From the NCBI GenBank assembly GCA_951406725.2, contig OX597835.1, forward strand, positions 9,424,001-9,488,000: DNA of 64,000 nt, given 5' to 3'. The notes below the pieces were generated by a model. It had not been told where the DNA came from, did not search any database, and saw only the letters and a list, made by a program, of their open reading frames with translations. A program made the translations under genes and the position numbers. This DNA is from Octopus vulgaris. Lineage: Eukaryota. Shown here in pieces: positions 1-12,214 of the stretch (the first letter of the stretch is position 1; each line of letters begins with the position of its first letter).

Positions 1-27
1 ATAATAATAGCAACAATAATGATAAGT

Positions 28-218
28 GCCTGAAATTTTGGTTGGGGAGTTAAATCGATTACATCGACCGCAGTGTTTCACTGGTACTTATTTAATCGAC
101 TCCGAAGGGAGGAAAGGCAAAGTCGACCTCGGCAGAACTTGAACTCAGTACATAGCAACAGACGAAATACTGTTAAGCATTTCGCCCGGCGTGCTAACGA
201 TTCCGTCAGCCCACCGCC

Positions 219-219
<1 letters not shown>
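28..219 (-). mobile_element. tRNA-derived SINE family A (Meta-domain-like), near full length
   Basis: Reverse complement reads GGCGGTGGGCTGACGGAATCGTTAGCACGCCGGGCGAAATGC...GAGTTCAAGTTCTGCCGAGGTCGACTTTGCCTTTCCTCCCTTCGGAGTCGATTAAATAAGTACCAG. It has a B-box-like GAGTTCAA and matches the copy at 30452. Confidence 0.85.
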
Positions 220-290
<71 letters not shown>

Positions 291-307
291 GTAATAATAA
301 TAATAAT

Positions 308-475
308 CCTTTCTACTTAAGGCAAAAGGCCTAATATTTGGGGGGGAGGGGACTAGTCGATATCATCGACTTCAGTGTTTTACCGGTACTCAATTTGTCA
401 ACCCCGGAAGGATGAAAGCAAAGTCGACCTCGGTGAAATTTAGTAACAATAATAATAATAATAATAATAATAATG

Positions 476-544
<69 letters not shown>

Positions 545-545
545 T

Positions 546-576
<31 letters not shown>

Positions 577-1790
577 AAGAAGAAGAAGAAGAAGAAGAAG
601 AAGAAGAAGAAGAAGAAGAAGAAGAAGAAGAAGGAGAAGGAGAAGAAGGCGCAAGGTCTGAAATTTTGGTGGAGGGGAACAGTCGATTATATCAACCCCA
701 GTGTTTCTCTGATACTTAACATATTGAGCCCGAAATGAAGAAAGTAAAAGTTGACCCTGGCGCTATTAGAACACAGAACGGTGAAGCTGGAAGAGATACC
801 GCGAAGCATTTTATCCGGCATGCCAACAATTCTGCAATCTCGATGCCTTAACAACAACAAAAATACTTCTTCCTAATTTTTGCACAATGCTACCAAATTT
901 TATAAAGGTGGAAGTCCATGATATCGAACCTACTGCTCAAAATGTAGTTTACTTTATCGACCTCGAAATGGCTGTCCTCAGTGTCATACGAACTCGCAAA
1001 GTGTAGGCGGCGCTAAAAATGTTTCTTCCACGTGCTAACCGTTCTGCCATTTCACCACCTTAATTATAGCAACAACAACAACAAAATAACAACAACAATT
1101 ATAATCGATACTACTGTAGGCAGTTTTAGGGATGGTGCTGCTCAATTACATCGATCCCACGGTTCAGTTTTATTTTATTCACTCTGAAATTTTGAAAGGC
1201 AAAGTCGACCTTGGTCGGAATTTGAACTCAAAGCGTTAAAACGGACGAAATACCGAAAGTAATTTTTATTTCCTTGTTGCCCACAGGTGGCTAAACATAA
1301 AGGGGACAAAGAAGTACAGACAAAGGGATTAAGTCGATTACATCAATTCCAGTGTGACAGCGTAACTAGTACTTATTTAAGCAACCACGAAAGGATGAAA
1401 GGCAAAGTCGACCTCGGCGGAATTTGAACTCAGAACGTAACGGCAGACGAAATACCGATAATAATAATTTCTTTCATTTGCCACAAAGATGACCAATTGG
1501 TGTGCGTGGGGTGGGGTCGTTAGAAATGCACATATGACTTCCATTACGAGAAATCCATGGTCAGCTGTGGACCCGTGGTTATGATGAGGGACGATGCTTA
1601 AAAAAAATATAACAAATAATAAACAGTAGCGATTTTTAACATAAACACACAGGCATCGTATCATCAATTATATTCGACTAAATTGGTACCAATTATATAA
1701 CTGGTACTTATTTTTGCTGAATGAGAATGTGGCAGAATTTGAAATCAGAACGATTAAATTAAATACAATTACGACGAAAAAACATATGCA
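308..1790 (-). mobile_element. Cluster of about six further co-oriented, variably decayed family A SINE copies (about 308-440, 650-850, 870-1060, 1115-1260, 1265-1458, 1660-1790)
   Basis: Recurring AAAGGCAAAGTCGACCTCGG / AATTTGAACTCAGAACG / GTCGATTACATCGA motifs, separated by (AAT)n, (AAG)n and (AAC)n tracts. Confidence 0.8.
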
Positions 1791-1827
1791 CTGTATTCCA
1801 TTTTGGACCACCACGTCGATTATTATT

Positions 1828-1877
<50 letters not shown>

Positions 1878-2659
1878 GAGTAAGTGACAGCTATTGAAAG
1901 AGAGCGACACTGACAGATATAGAGAGAGAGATGTAGAGAGTGTGAGAGGAAGGAGAGAAGGAGGGGGAATGAGACGTGCTAATATCAGCTACTTCCACAT
2001 CGAAACTGACAGCAAGAACAACCACAACAACAATAACAAACACGAAAACAACAAGATCTATAACAACGACTACAATAGCAACAACAACAACAACAACGGT
2101 GGCAGCAATAATATGAACATCGACAACAATACGCGCCTCCGACGATCGAACCTCGACATGGCACCACATCCTCCTAGAAACAACGAGCAAATATCTTACA
2201 TATTATACCTTATACATCGTTAACAGATTAAATAAGGGACACATGTATTAAAGGATAATTTTGTAAATAACCCTGAATCATATTTCATTAAAGTAGGGCT
2301 TGGTAAAGGATCAAAGTTGGGACCAAACCCTAGCAACAATTTACAAAGAAATAATATTAAATATCCGTTTGTTATTTCTGTAAAAATGAAATAAATATAA
2401 GATATTTTATAATCGTGACTTACCCATGGAATATCCCTGGTATTAAAATATATAGTAATAAACTCGGATATTGAAAACAGTTTGTGTGGACGTTTTGTAT
2501 CGTGTGTGAGATAATAGTTGTGTGGAATCTTCGAATAACTTCGCGCGTCGTAAGAAAACTTTCAAAGACAGACATGTGAGTAGAGCTGTGTACGTGTGTG
2601 CGACGATAGAGATGTGACGGTTTGTTTGTGTACGCGAGATGTACGTCTGTGTGTAAGTA

Positions 2660-3001
2660 TGCATATGTGTGTGTGTATGTATGTATGTATGTATGTATGT
2701 ATGTATGTATGTGTGTGTATGTATGTATGTATGTATGTATGTATGTATGTATGTATGTATGTACGTATGTATGTATGTATCTGTGTGTGTATGTAAGCGT
2801 GTGCGTATTTATACTTGCGAGTACACACCTGTGTCTATACGTGATAGTTTGTATGTGGGTGTATACGAGTGTGTGAATGTATATATATGCATGTGTATAT
2901 GTAAGTGTGCACGTATGTATGTGTGTATTAGTGTATTTATACTTGAATGCACCTGTGCTTAGATGTGTTCGTGTATGTGTGTAAATGCATCTATATCTAT
3001 A

Positions 3002-3087
<86 letters not shown>

Positions 3088-3304
3088 CGCGCGGGTGTAA
3101 GTGTGTGTCTGAGTATATTTGTATAAAACAGGAAGTATATATGTGTGTATGCACTTACAACCACCTGTGTTTATGCGAGTTTGTGTGTGATTGTGTGTAT
3201 GTATGTCCGTGTTTGTGTATCTGTGTGTCCGCTTCCGCGTCTGAGTGTGTTTGTGTGTAAATCCCAGGCGTTCACCGACTTCCTTGATTCAACTCCACGT
3301 ATAC

Positions 3305-3340
<36 letters not shown>

Positions 3341-4223
3341 AATTATGTAAGTGTAGATGTAATTGTTCTTATCTTCCTATCTTATCTGTGTGTGTATCTA
3401 CAAAAAAAACGTGTACGTGTGTCGTATGTCAGTATGTGATTGTGTTTCTGTATGTGTCTGGCTGTGTGATTTTGACTTGCGTGAGAGAGTCTGCTAGTCA
3501 GTGTCAAAGCGAAGAGGTTTGTATATGTACGTATGTCAACGTGTGTGTCTGCGAGTGTGTGTGAAAGCTTATCTGTGTGTATGTGTGACTATGTGTATGT
3601 ACAAGTGGATGACTGACTTTATACGTTTGAATGTGCGCATCTTTTACGTGATCCTTTATACGTGTATGTGTGTGTGTGTGTGTGTGTGAACTTGTGTGTA
3701 TACGAAAGTGTATGCCGTGGGTTAGAGTTCGTATATTGCCCTGTGTGTGTGCGTGTGTGTGAAGGTGTCTACGTGTGTACGTGTGATCGTCTGTCAAGTT
3801 GTTTAAATGTGTGTGTATATGGTTGTAGACGTAAATGCGAGTGTATATATTTCCATGTAATTGCGTGTGGGGGTGGCTGGTAAATGTACATTAGCATGTG
3901 TGCATGTATATGTATGTGTCTATAAATATATATATATGTGTGTGTGAGTGTGTGTATGTGTGTCTGTGTGTTTGCTTGTATACACATACATATATATATA
4001 TATGCATACATATATATACATATACATATATATGTATATACATATACATAAATATGTATTTTTATATATATAAATATTTATATATATACATATATATATA
4101 CATATATATGTATATATATGCATATATATATATATATATATATTCATATATATATATATATATATATATTTATTTATGTATATACATATATATATATATA
4201 TGATGTATGTGTATACACACACT

Positions 4224-4264
<41 letters not shown>

Positions 4265-4420
4265 ATGTATGTGTATACATACACACACACAGATATATGT
4301 GTATATGAATATGTGTATATATGTATGTACATATATGGTCTTATATATCATTAGTTTTATTCTTGTGTACAATACATGGGTGTGTAGGTGTGTGTGTGTG
4401 TGTGTGTGCGTGTTTGTGCA
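2660..4420. repeat. Compound (TATG)n/(TA)n/(TG)n microsatellite-rich region
   Basis: Direct reading; source of the YV/CV/HT-repeat ORFs. Confidence 0.95.
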
Positions 4421-5074
4421 TGTACATGTGTTGAAACGGTGTGAGAGAGAGTGAAGTCGACAGGGCTGATTCTTGTGTGTATATGTGTAAACGTCGATAT
4501 AAATTAAAGAATATGTATTAATGTATATGTGTGAGTGTTTATGTGTTTGTGTATGTCTGTGTGAGTGTGCGCGCGTTTCGTGCTGCTTGTCGCACTCCCC
4601 ACCCTGTTCTCTCATCTATTCACCTCCCACCCCGTTCCAGGTGATTCCCCGCCCACTTTGCATCCAGTTTCACTCAAACAACGGAGATATATGAAACTCG
4701 TACAAGGCACAGTACAATAGGTGCACATACGTGAGCGTGCGTGTGTGTGTGTGCGTGTTTATGCGTGTGTGTGTGTGTGTGTGCACTCTCCCCGGTGCCA
4801 GCAGAACGGCGTGCACTCTCCGCAGATGCGAGTGCATCTGCTCTCACCGAGCAGCAAGTATCTCCGGTATGACATTAACGAGCGAGAAAACCCTTTAAAA
4901 CTAACGGGAAAAGATGTGAAGAAGGACAGAAGTGCACGAACGAATATCACTGTGTGAGTGTGTGTGTGTATGAGGGTTTGAATAGATGTGTGAGAATATG
5001 TATGTTTGTATGTGTGTGTGTCAGTGTGTGTATCTGTGTGTGTATTCTGTTATTCTTTTATATTTTTAAGCGTT

Positions 5075-5410
5075 ACTGCTTCCAAGTTGCGGTCATGCTG
5101 GGGGCACCACCGTTGACTGTGTTACACACAATTGTTTGAAACATCCTCTGATATGTGGCATTTGGTGAATGAGGGAATTTTGATGCAGCTACCCTCATCT
5201 GTGTTTCCCGCCATGAGGTAGGTTCATCTGGAACCTTTGACTGGAGGAGGTCCAGTTTTGTTTGGAAGACACCTATAGCAACACCATGCAGGTCTCTCAG
5301 GCATTTTGGAAGGATATTGAAGAGTTGGGGGAACTTGAATCCCAAGTTCTTGCAGTATTTGGTCCTCTATTTTGATGGAGATGCTGCGAACTTTGGCACA
5401 ATGCAGTGGA
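5075..5410 (-). mobile_element. CR1-group LINE family 1, 5'-truncated 3' end
   Basis: Minus-strand peptide GFKFPQLFNILPKCLRDLHGV...LDLLQSKVPDEP matches the C-terminus of the 25910-26593 ORF (GFKGPQLFNILPKSLMNLHKV). It ends in the GGTGGTGCCCCCAGCATGACCGCA tail. Confidence 0.85.
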
Positions 5411-5429
5411 ACGACGTAACTTCCAATGC

Positions 5430-5770
5430 TTTGCGTAACGTTCTAAAGAAAAGAGTTTTAACTCTTTCAGTCTATCAAGGAAGTTGGTATGTTGGATTCC
5501 ATCCTGCCGTAAATATTATACTATGTGCCGACTATAGTTGGGACCAATGGGATTTTTCCTTGTGTAGTTTGTCTTGTACTTTGTTTTTCTGTTGTAAAAA
5601 AATGGTTTGTTCCATGCTTGTTTTTCCGTTTTCGTTTCTCGTTGAGTTCTACGTCTAGTCGTGGTGTCCTGTACTCACGTATATATATTTATATATGCAT
5701 GTATATATACATGTAGATGTAGGTACGTACATATATGTATGTATGCATATATTTTATTTATTACACTATA
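5430..5770 (+). mobile_element. Interspersed non-coding repeat ending in (TA)n, probable PLE terminal-repeat fragment
   Basis: Homologous to 16700-16940 (inverted) and 41023-41115; shared TGGTGTCCTGTACTCA...CATGTAGATGTAGGTACGTACATATATG. PLE assignment is inference. Confidence 0.6.
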
Positions 5771-5827
5771 TATATATATATATAGCAATAATAATTCTCT
5801 AAAAGAGATATAGACAGTAACTGCTCG

Positions 5828-5967
5828 ATAACATAAGGGACTAATGCCATCTGAATATGGCTAGGGACAGGCAGGGTGGTGGGGGTGTTACTGGCTAAAT
5901 GCAACAGTAACACCCCCACCACCCTGCCCTGTCCCTAGCCATATTCAGATGGCTTTAGTCCCTTATG

Positions 5968-5971
<4 letters not shown>
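5828..5971. repeat. Foldback inverted repeat, ~66-bp arms, 11-nt loop, between (TA)n tracts
   Basis: ATAACATAAGGGACTAATGCCATCTGAATATGGCTAGGGACAGGCAGGGTGGTGGGGGTGTTACTG, loop GCTAAATGCAA, then a near-exact reverse complement. Confidence 0.95.
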
Positions 5972-6023
<52 letters not shown>

Positions 6024-7498
6024 TTGTACGTATGCATGTAAAAGTATCTATACATTTTTTTTTAATTGAGATTTATATTATAGGTTTAAGAAGTTATTAT
6101 TGTTACTCCCTACAAGTGGTGCTTGTTTAGAAGAATATATTTATATTTCGGTCAGGCATAGTGACACTAGGAACCTGGTATTAGAACTCAATATAGGTCA
6201 GAAGGAAACGTCAGTCGCGTACAGAGCAGTAATAAGAAATCAAAATCACAAGAGAATAAGAAATTGTATCATGGACTTCATTACCTTACAACTGTTTCTG
6301 CTGCAAGATGCAATGCTCTCATTGTTGAGTATTCGTGCATCATGCAATAGCTTCATCGAAACTTCAAAGTGCAACTTTTGAGGAAATTGTGTATATATAT
6401 AAATACATTCACAAAAACCAGGCTTTTCTGTGTGCATACATTAACATACAAACACACAGATATGAGCACATTTTATGTTATATTAGAATCAGGCGTTTAA
6501 TTTCTAATATATATATACTGTATACTGCATACATATAACACTACATTATATACATATAACAATGGTGATGATGACGATCATGGTTATAATCATGATTTCC
6601 ATCAATATTTTGGTGAAGGTTAGTCAATAACATCGATACAATTACTGCGTTTGTTCTGTATTTCATTAACTCCCGGCAAGGGGAAAGCAAAGGTGACCTC
6701 CCGCTTACTCAAGCTCATTTGCTTCTATCTTAGTCATAATAAATGGAATTTGGATGAAATGGGCTATTTTATAATATCAATTTGAAAACTGGGACAATCG
6801 TATGCAAATTTGACAACAGAACTTAAAGATTTTGACGAAATTTGGTCGAACGTTCTACTGCTCTGTAATTCACTGTACTAAAAATAACTTTCCCTTTCAT
6901 CTTAAAACAAAATGTCACTTGGCTGTCATGAAAGATTAAAATGTGAGCAGCAGCACCTGATTCCATAGCTGCGTAAACTTTGGAGAACGAAGACGAGGAG
7001 AATCACCATGGAAACCGTAGCAAGTGCAGCTCGAACTACAACAAGAACAACATCGTAATTGTTTTGAATTGAAAATCTCTATATCACATGTCAAGTTTCA
7101 TACAGAATTGATAAGAAATTAAACGAAGCAAATCACATTTGGGACAGACAGAAACAGAACAAGCTATGAGAGCTTGAAGTACTGTAAAAGAAATATGAAT
7201 AGAAATACACAACCGGAACCCGATGATTGACGAAACTATTGAACTTGCAGAAAGAAGCACTTTTCGGTTGCATGAATATGTCGAAATAAAAAAAAAAGAA
7301 ATCCCGCCAAATAAACCTCAGCAGACAACCCAGGCTCACAAAGCTGCACTCGGTAGTGCAATGAGTGCAGGAAATAATAATATAAGCTGTGACGACGCAA
7401 TGAGGAAGCGAAAGGGCCACATTGGAAACTGTGTGAAAAGAGGGGTTTAGAGAGACGCAACATGTTGTATGAGCATTATTATAGTATTGTATTATTAC

Positions 7499-7553
<55 letters not shown>

Positions 7554-7557
7554 GTTG

Positions 7558-7594
<37 letters not shown>

Positions 7595-7616
7595 CATTAT
7601 TATTATTATTATTATC

Positions 7617-7941
<325 letters not shown>

Positions 7942-7948
7942 CATTATT

Positions 7949-8191
7949 GAGTAGGTGAGAGAGCAGTGCATGCTATCAAAGTGACACTGGGGTAAAATAT
8001 ACGAAGGCCAGTATGCCCATCATGACTACCCGTCTGATAAGTGTACACCAGGCACATGCATCACAACCATATGTGCACGACATGGTGATCTCATATCAAG
8101 ATAAACAGTACATGACCTTACAGGTGGGGGCCCAGTTAGAATTTTCTTCTGGTCGAGTAGCTCATCTCGCTTAAAAGGTCCCTGAATAAGG
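7949..8191 (-). mobile_element. Truncated copy of the ~550-bp (TAA)n-associated non-coding element
   Basis: Reverse complement of the right-hand part of 33668-34220. Confidence 0.85.
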
Positions 8192-8261
8192 ATAATGGTG
8201 ATGATGATGATTATGATGATGATGATGACGACGACGACGACGACGACGACGATGATGACGG

Positions 8262-8321
<60 letters not shown>

Positions 8322-9654
8322 CGGTGGTGGTTATATCTTCATAAACTGACAAAATACCTTCCAAGTATTTTTAATTAAGTTCTCTCAATTGTTTCCACCA
8401 CATCTCGAATGATGTATGCAAATTTGTGATAATTATGTAAAGTATTATGCTAATTACTTTCTAAAATAATCAGAATGATAATTAATAATGATGACTTCTG
8501 TCTTTGGCACAAGGCCACAAACGCAAACCCGTGTCGATGTTTGACGAAGATGTTTTATCGATTCTTCAATATCCGAGTTAAAATCGCGCTTACTAACGTT
8601 TCTGCCAGCTCGCCGCCTTATTAATATAGTTTCCCTGCGCAGCACAAGCATGGCAAGTTTGAACAGATGAGAAGAACGGAACAAAATTGCATTGTCTTAG
8701 AAGTTCATGATTCTTAGGTTTGACCGAAGGATTTTACATGCTATTAAAAAGATTAATAGCATGTTAGAGAACGTATTAAGCTTTTTAAAGATTCATCAAA
8801 GTAAGAAAAAATACTGTTTATTGAATTTGACACAGGCTCGTAATTTAACATATGAGGAATCAAATAAAATTTAATCCAGATACCGAAATAAGTGAAGCAG
8901 ATTAGTGCAATACGTGCCAGAACGTAAGGTGCCACGGAGAGAAAGGAAGACCTGTATTTGATAAGATTACTATAGAAAATAAAAATAAGAATTACAGAAT
9001 GTAGAAGTCAGGTGTGAATTCATTACGCATCTCAAATGTTTGCTGCTTCAACAGAATAGATTACTCGGGTAAAAAATACCACACTAGGAAATAATAGAAA
9101 TGGTGTTTGGAAGTCACCAGGCCGAGGTGGTAGTAAACAGATGCATCGGATCTGCATACAAAGAGGAAATGGCTGCAGGAAGAAATCTAAACTACTACAA
9201 GAAAACAACTGTAAGGCTATGAAATGGTTCAAAGAAGTGGGTTAAGGAGAAAGAGAGGACACAGCGGGAACATCAGAACATGTATGAATATTGCAAACAG
9301 AGCATAGAAAGTTAATCGAATACATCAAAGCAGATGGTCATTGAGAAAGAAATAATGGGTGCATGGTGGTAAAATGGCGACCGAGAGTAATAAGTGTCCA
9401 GTTTATCATCTTATGATGCGAAAGAAATTGTTTTAACACAGTCATATAAAGCCTAACAGAGCTTACAATTTCTATGCAATCTCTGAAAATGATCAGCTGA
9501 AAATGATCAGCTGTGGTCACCTTCAATGATTCTGTAAAGACTCCCCAGGATACCATAGCAAATATGATGACGGTGGTGGTGGTGGTGGTGGTGGTGGTGG
9601 CGGTGGTAATGATGTAGAGGTGCAGTCGATGTCGGAAAAAAATATATATATATA

Positions 9655-10000
9655 GGCGCAGGAGTGGCTGTGTGGTAAGTAGCTTGCTTACCAACCACAT
9701 GGTTCCGGGTTCAGTCCCACTGCGTGGCATCTTGGGCAAGTGTCTTCTGCTATAGCCCCGGGCCGACCAATGCCTTGTGAGTGGTTTTTGGTAGACGGAA
9801 ACTTAAAGAAGCCCGTCGTATATATGTATATAGATATATATGTGTGTGTGTGTGTGTGTGTTTGTGTGTGTGTGTTTGTGTGTCTGTGTTTGTCCCCCTA
9901 GCATTGCTTGACAACTGATGCTGGTGTGTTTACAAATAGAAATACTGGGTACTCGATTTGCTCGTCAAATGACTGAAACAAGTAAAAGAGTAAAAGAGTA
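9655..10000 (+). mobile_element. tRNA-derived SINE family B (CORE-like), internally deleted
   Basis: GGCGCAGGAGTGGCTGTGTGGTAAG (A box), GGTTCAGTCCC (B box), CORE-like GTGGCATCTTGGGCAAGTGTCTT, internal (TA)/(TG) tract, and GACTGAAACAAGTAAAAGAG tail. Confidence 0.9.
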
Positions 10001-10158
10001 AATAGAACGGGCTTCTTTCGGTTTCCGTCTACCAAAACCACTTGTCTTAAGTCAGTGTGTGAACCTCGAACCAGAAGCACAGGCAGGCTTCAACCACTTC
10101 ATCTTCCAAGGTCCACAGAAGCATAATTGTTGCAGATACTGGGTGCAAAAGACCCTTC

Positions 10159-10859
10159 ATCTTGCATGAATTTTATGATTGTCTTGAAGGTGATCCTTTG
10201 CTTTTTCAACCAAGATTCAAGGAGCTCCCTTAGAAAGTCTATGTCAGACTCTGCTGTCATTTTAACATCGTTTGGCACTTTCTAAAGACCAACAATGATA
10301 CCTCTAATAATACATGACCACATTGTGATGCCTCTTCCCCCTTTGTTTTGCATCTTAACCATTGATGACGATCTCACCCATTTACAACCCATCCCTTGCT
10401 CTAAACATCAAGGGTAGCATGTGTTTCGTCTGTAAACAAAACTTTTGAAAAGACGACTTTCGTGTTATCTTCTGCTCATTTCAGACGATTTTGTATGTGC
10501 AGTTTGTATAAAGGAAGCCATTTAACTGATGTCACTGGTTTACCTACCTTTTTCAGAAGACGACATCGGGTAGTTCTGGACACAGTTGCTTCGCCAGTGC
10601 ACTTTGAAAAATTCTCCACTTGTAAAATCAGGCTTTTTTTACACATTCACGCTTAATTCGTAACATACAACATTGAAAAACAGCTCTCGACAGACCCTTG
10701 TCGGCTCTCTTACGTATGTTCGTAGGAGTTGTAACATTTATTTTTCGGTTTGATGATATTTCCCAATAATTTTAAATATTCTAATGTTGATTTATCTTTT
10801 GCAAATCCAGAAGTACGAGCAGATTTCTCTGAAGCTGTTCAGTCACATTTACGACCCAT
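10159..10859 (-). pseudogene. Tc1/mariner DDE transposase pseudogene (stops and frameshifts, truncated at the second catalytic Asp)
   Basis: Manual translation: MGRKCD*TASEKS...VSRTTRCRLLKKVGK...NRLK*AE...FSKVLFTDETHATLD...SKGWV...GGRGITMWSCIIRGIIVGL*KVPNDVKMTAESDIDFLRELLESWLKKQRITFKTIIKFMQD. FTDE and FMQD are the first two catalytic motifs. Confidence 0.88.
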
Positions 10860-11092
10860 AATTACATGATTATCAGACCATTAATTAATTAATTAATAAT
10901 TTGGAACACTGAGCGTTTGTGGGAATCATGCAAACGGCCACAGTTTATTTACACCTGCGCAAAACCTCACATTTCTTACACTCCACGCGCATATAACTGT
11001 TGCCATCAAGCTGTGGAAATTTCATTGAATTCCAAAGACGAGATTTAAAAATTTTAAAAACTGTTACGTCTTTAATAATTTGAAACGCAGCG
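10159..11092 (-). mobile_element. Decayed Tc1-family DNA transposon, one end plus truncated transposase
   Basis: End reads TA|CGCTGCGTTTCAAATTATTA, with an inner repeat GTGTTCCAAATTATTA near 10895-10910, followed by the transposase relic. No second end was found. Confidence 0.8.
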
Positions 11093-11660
11093 TATATGTA
11101 TACACATGTAAGTGTACGCGTATATGATGTATATATATATGTGTGTGTGTGTGTGTATGCATATACATGTATATGCGTGTATGTACATACAGAGAGAGAG
11201 ATAGAGAGAGAAACACAGAGATAAGGAGATATATCCATATATGTGTGGGTCTATCTAATAGTGTGTGTGCGCGGGTGTGTGTGCGTGTGAGTGTGTGTGT
11301 GTGTGTGTGTGCGTGTGTGTATGTGTGTGTGTGTGTGAGTACATGTAAGTGTGTGTGTATATATTTATCTTAAGCAGGCGTATGTTTCTTTATAGATGAG
11401 AGTGTGTGAACAAAGCAGATGTTAATATGGTGTAATATTGCGATTCGCTGGAACCCGGTTGAGTAAAAACGACAACAACGTCATCGAAAGCAAATAACAT
11501 CTGTTTCAATCGAGTTAGACTTTAATTTCTCAAAATACCTCCAACTTAAAATAACATAAACAACACATGGACAAAAACACACATACACAAACAATAGCAT
11601 GTATATATATAACTGATACATACATTTATGCACGTATAAACATATATACATATATTTATG

Positions 11661-11727
<67 letters not shown>

Positions 11728-11729
<2 letters not shown>

Positions 11730-11938
11730 CGGGAAGCTTTATGAAAATAGACAAAAGACGAAGGCAGGTGGAAAACAAACAAACAATTGTATTAGTAGGG
11801 CGCTCAGGAAATATAAATAAAACAAGTCTTTAACGTTTCGAGCCTACGCTCTTCAACAGAAAGATACACAGAGAGAAAAAAACACAGAAAGAAGGAGAGA
11901 AAAAAATGCGTGCAGTAACTAACGAATCAACATGGCGA

Positions 11939-11940
<2 letters not shown>
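11728..11940 (-). mobile_element. Short PLE terminal-repeat-like element between (TA)n tracts, with minimal hammerhead variant
   Basis: Near-identical inverted copy at 63650-63830; carries TCTTT-CTGTTGA-A-GAGC GTAG GCTC-GAAA-CG-TT-AAAGA. Confidence 0.75.
11827..11864 (-). ncRNA. Minimal type I hammerhead-like motif, variant core CUGUUGA
   Basis: Stem I UCUUU/AAAGA; stem II GAGC/GCUC with tetraloop; GAAA; palindromic AACGUU in place of stem III. Confidence 0.6.
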
Positions 11941-11975
<35 letters not shown>

Positions 11976-11981
<6 letters not shown>

Positions 11982-12186
11982 TTTATTTAAAGCAGCAGAA
12001 AATTCAACAAAACCTGTTACTCTGAGTTTCCCGTTGCAAAAAACTGTCCGATGAACGGCAACGGGAAACTCAGAGTAACAGGTTTTGTTGAATTTTTCTG
12101 CTACTTTAAATAAAGCATATTACTCTACCACTGGTATTTGAGTACTCTTTTTTCCACCTTGTTTCACATTTATGTGTTTACTCCGG
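11976..12186 (+). mobile_element. Foldback element (62-bp arms 11976-12037 / 12058-12120) with hammerhead-like motif, between (TA)n tracts
   Basis: ATATGCTTTATTTAAAGCAGCAGAAAATTCAACAAAACCTGTTACTCTGAGTTTCCCGTTGC and its reverse complement. The terminal part recurs inverted at 52441-52520. Confidence 0.85.
12044..12081 (+). ncRNA. Type I hammerhead-like motif, variant core CCGAUGA
   Basis: CUGU-CCGAUGA-A-CG GCAA CG-G-GAAA-CU CAG AG-UA-ACAG. Stem I CUGU/ACAG, short GNRA-capped stem II, stem III ACU/AGU, GUA triplet. Confidence 0.6.
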
Positions 12187-12214
12187 TATATATATATATA
12201 TACATACGATCGTG

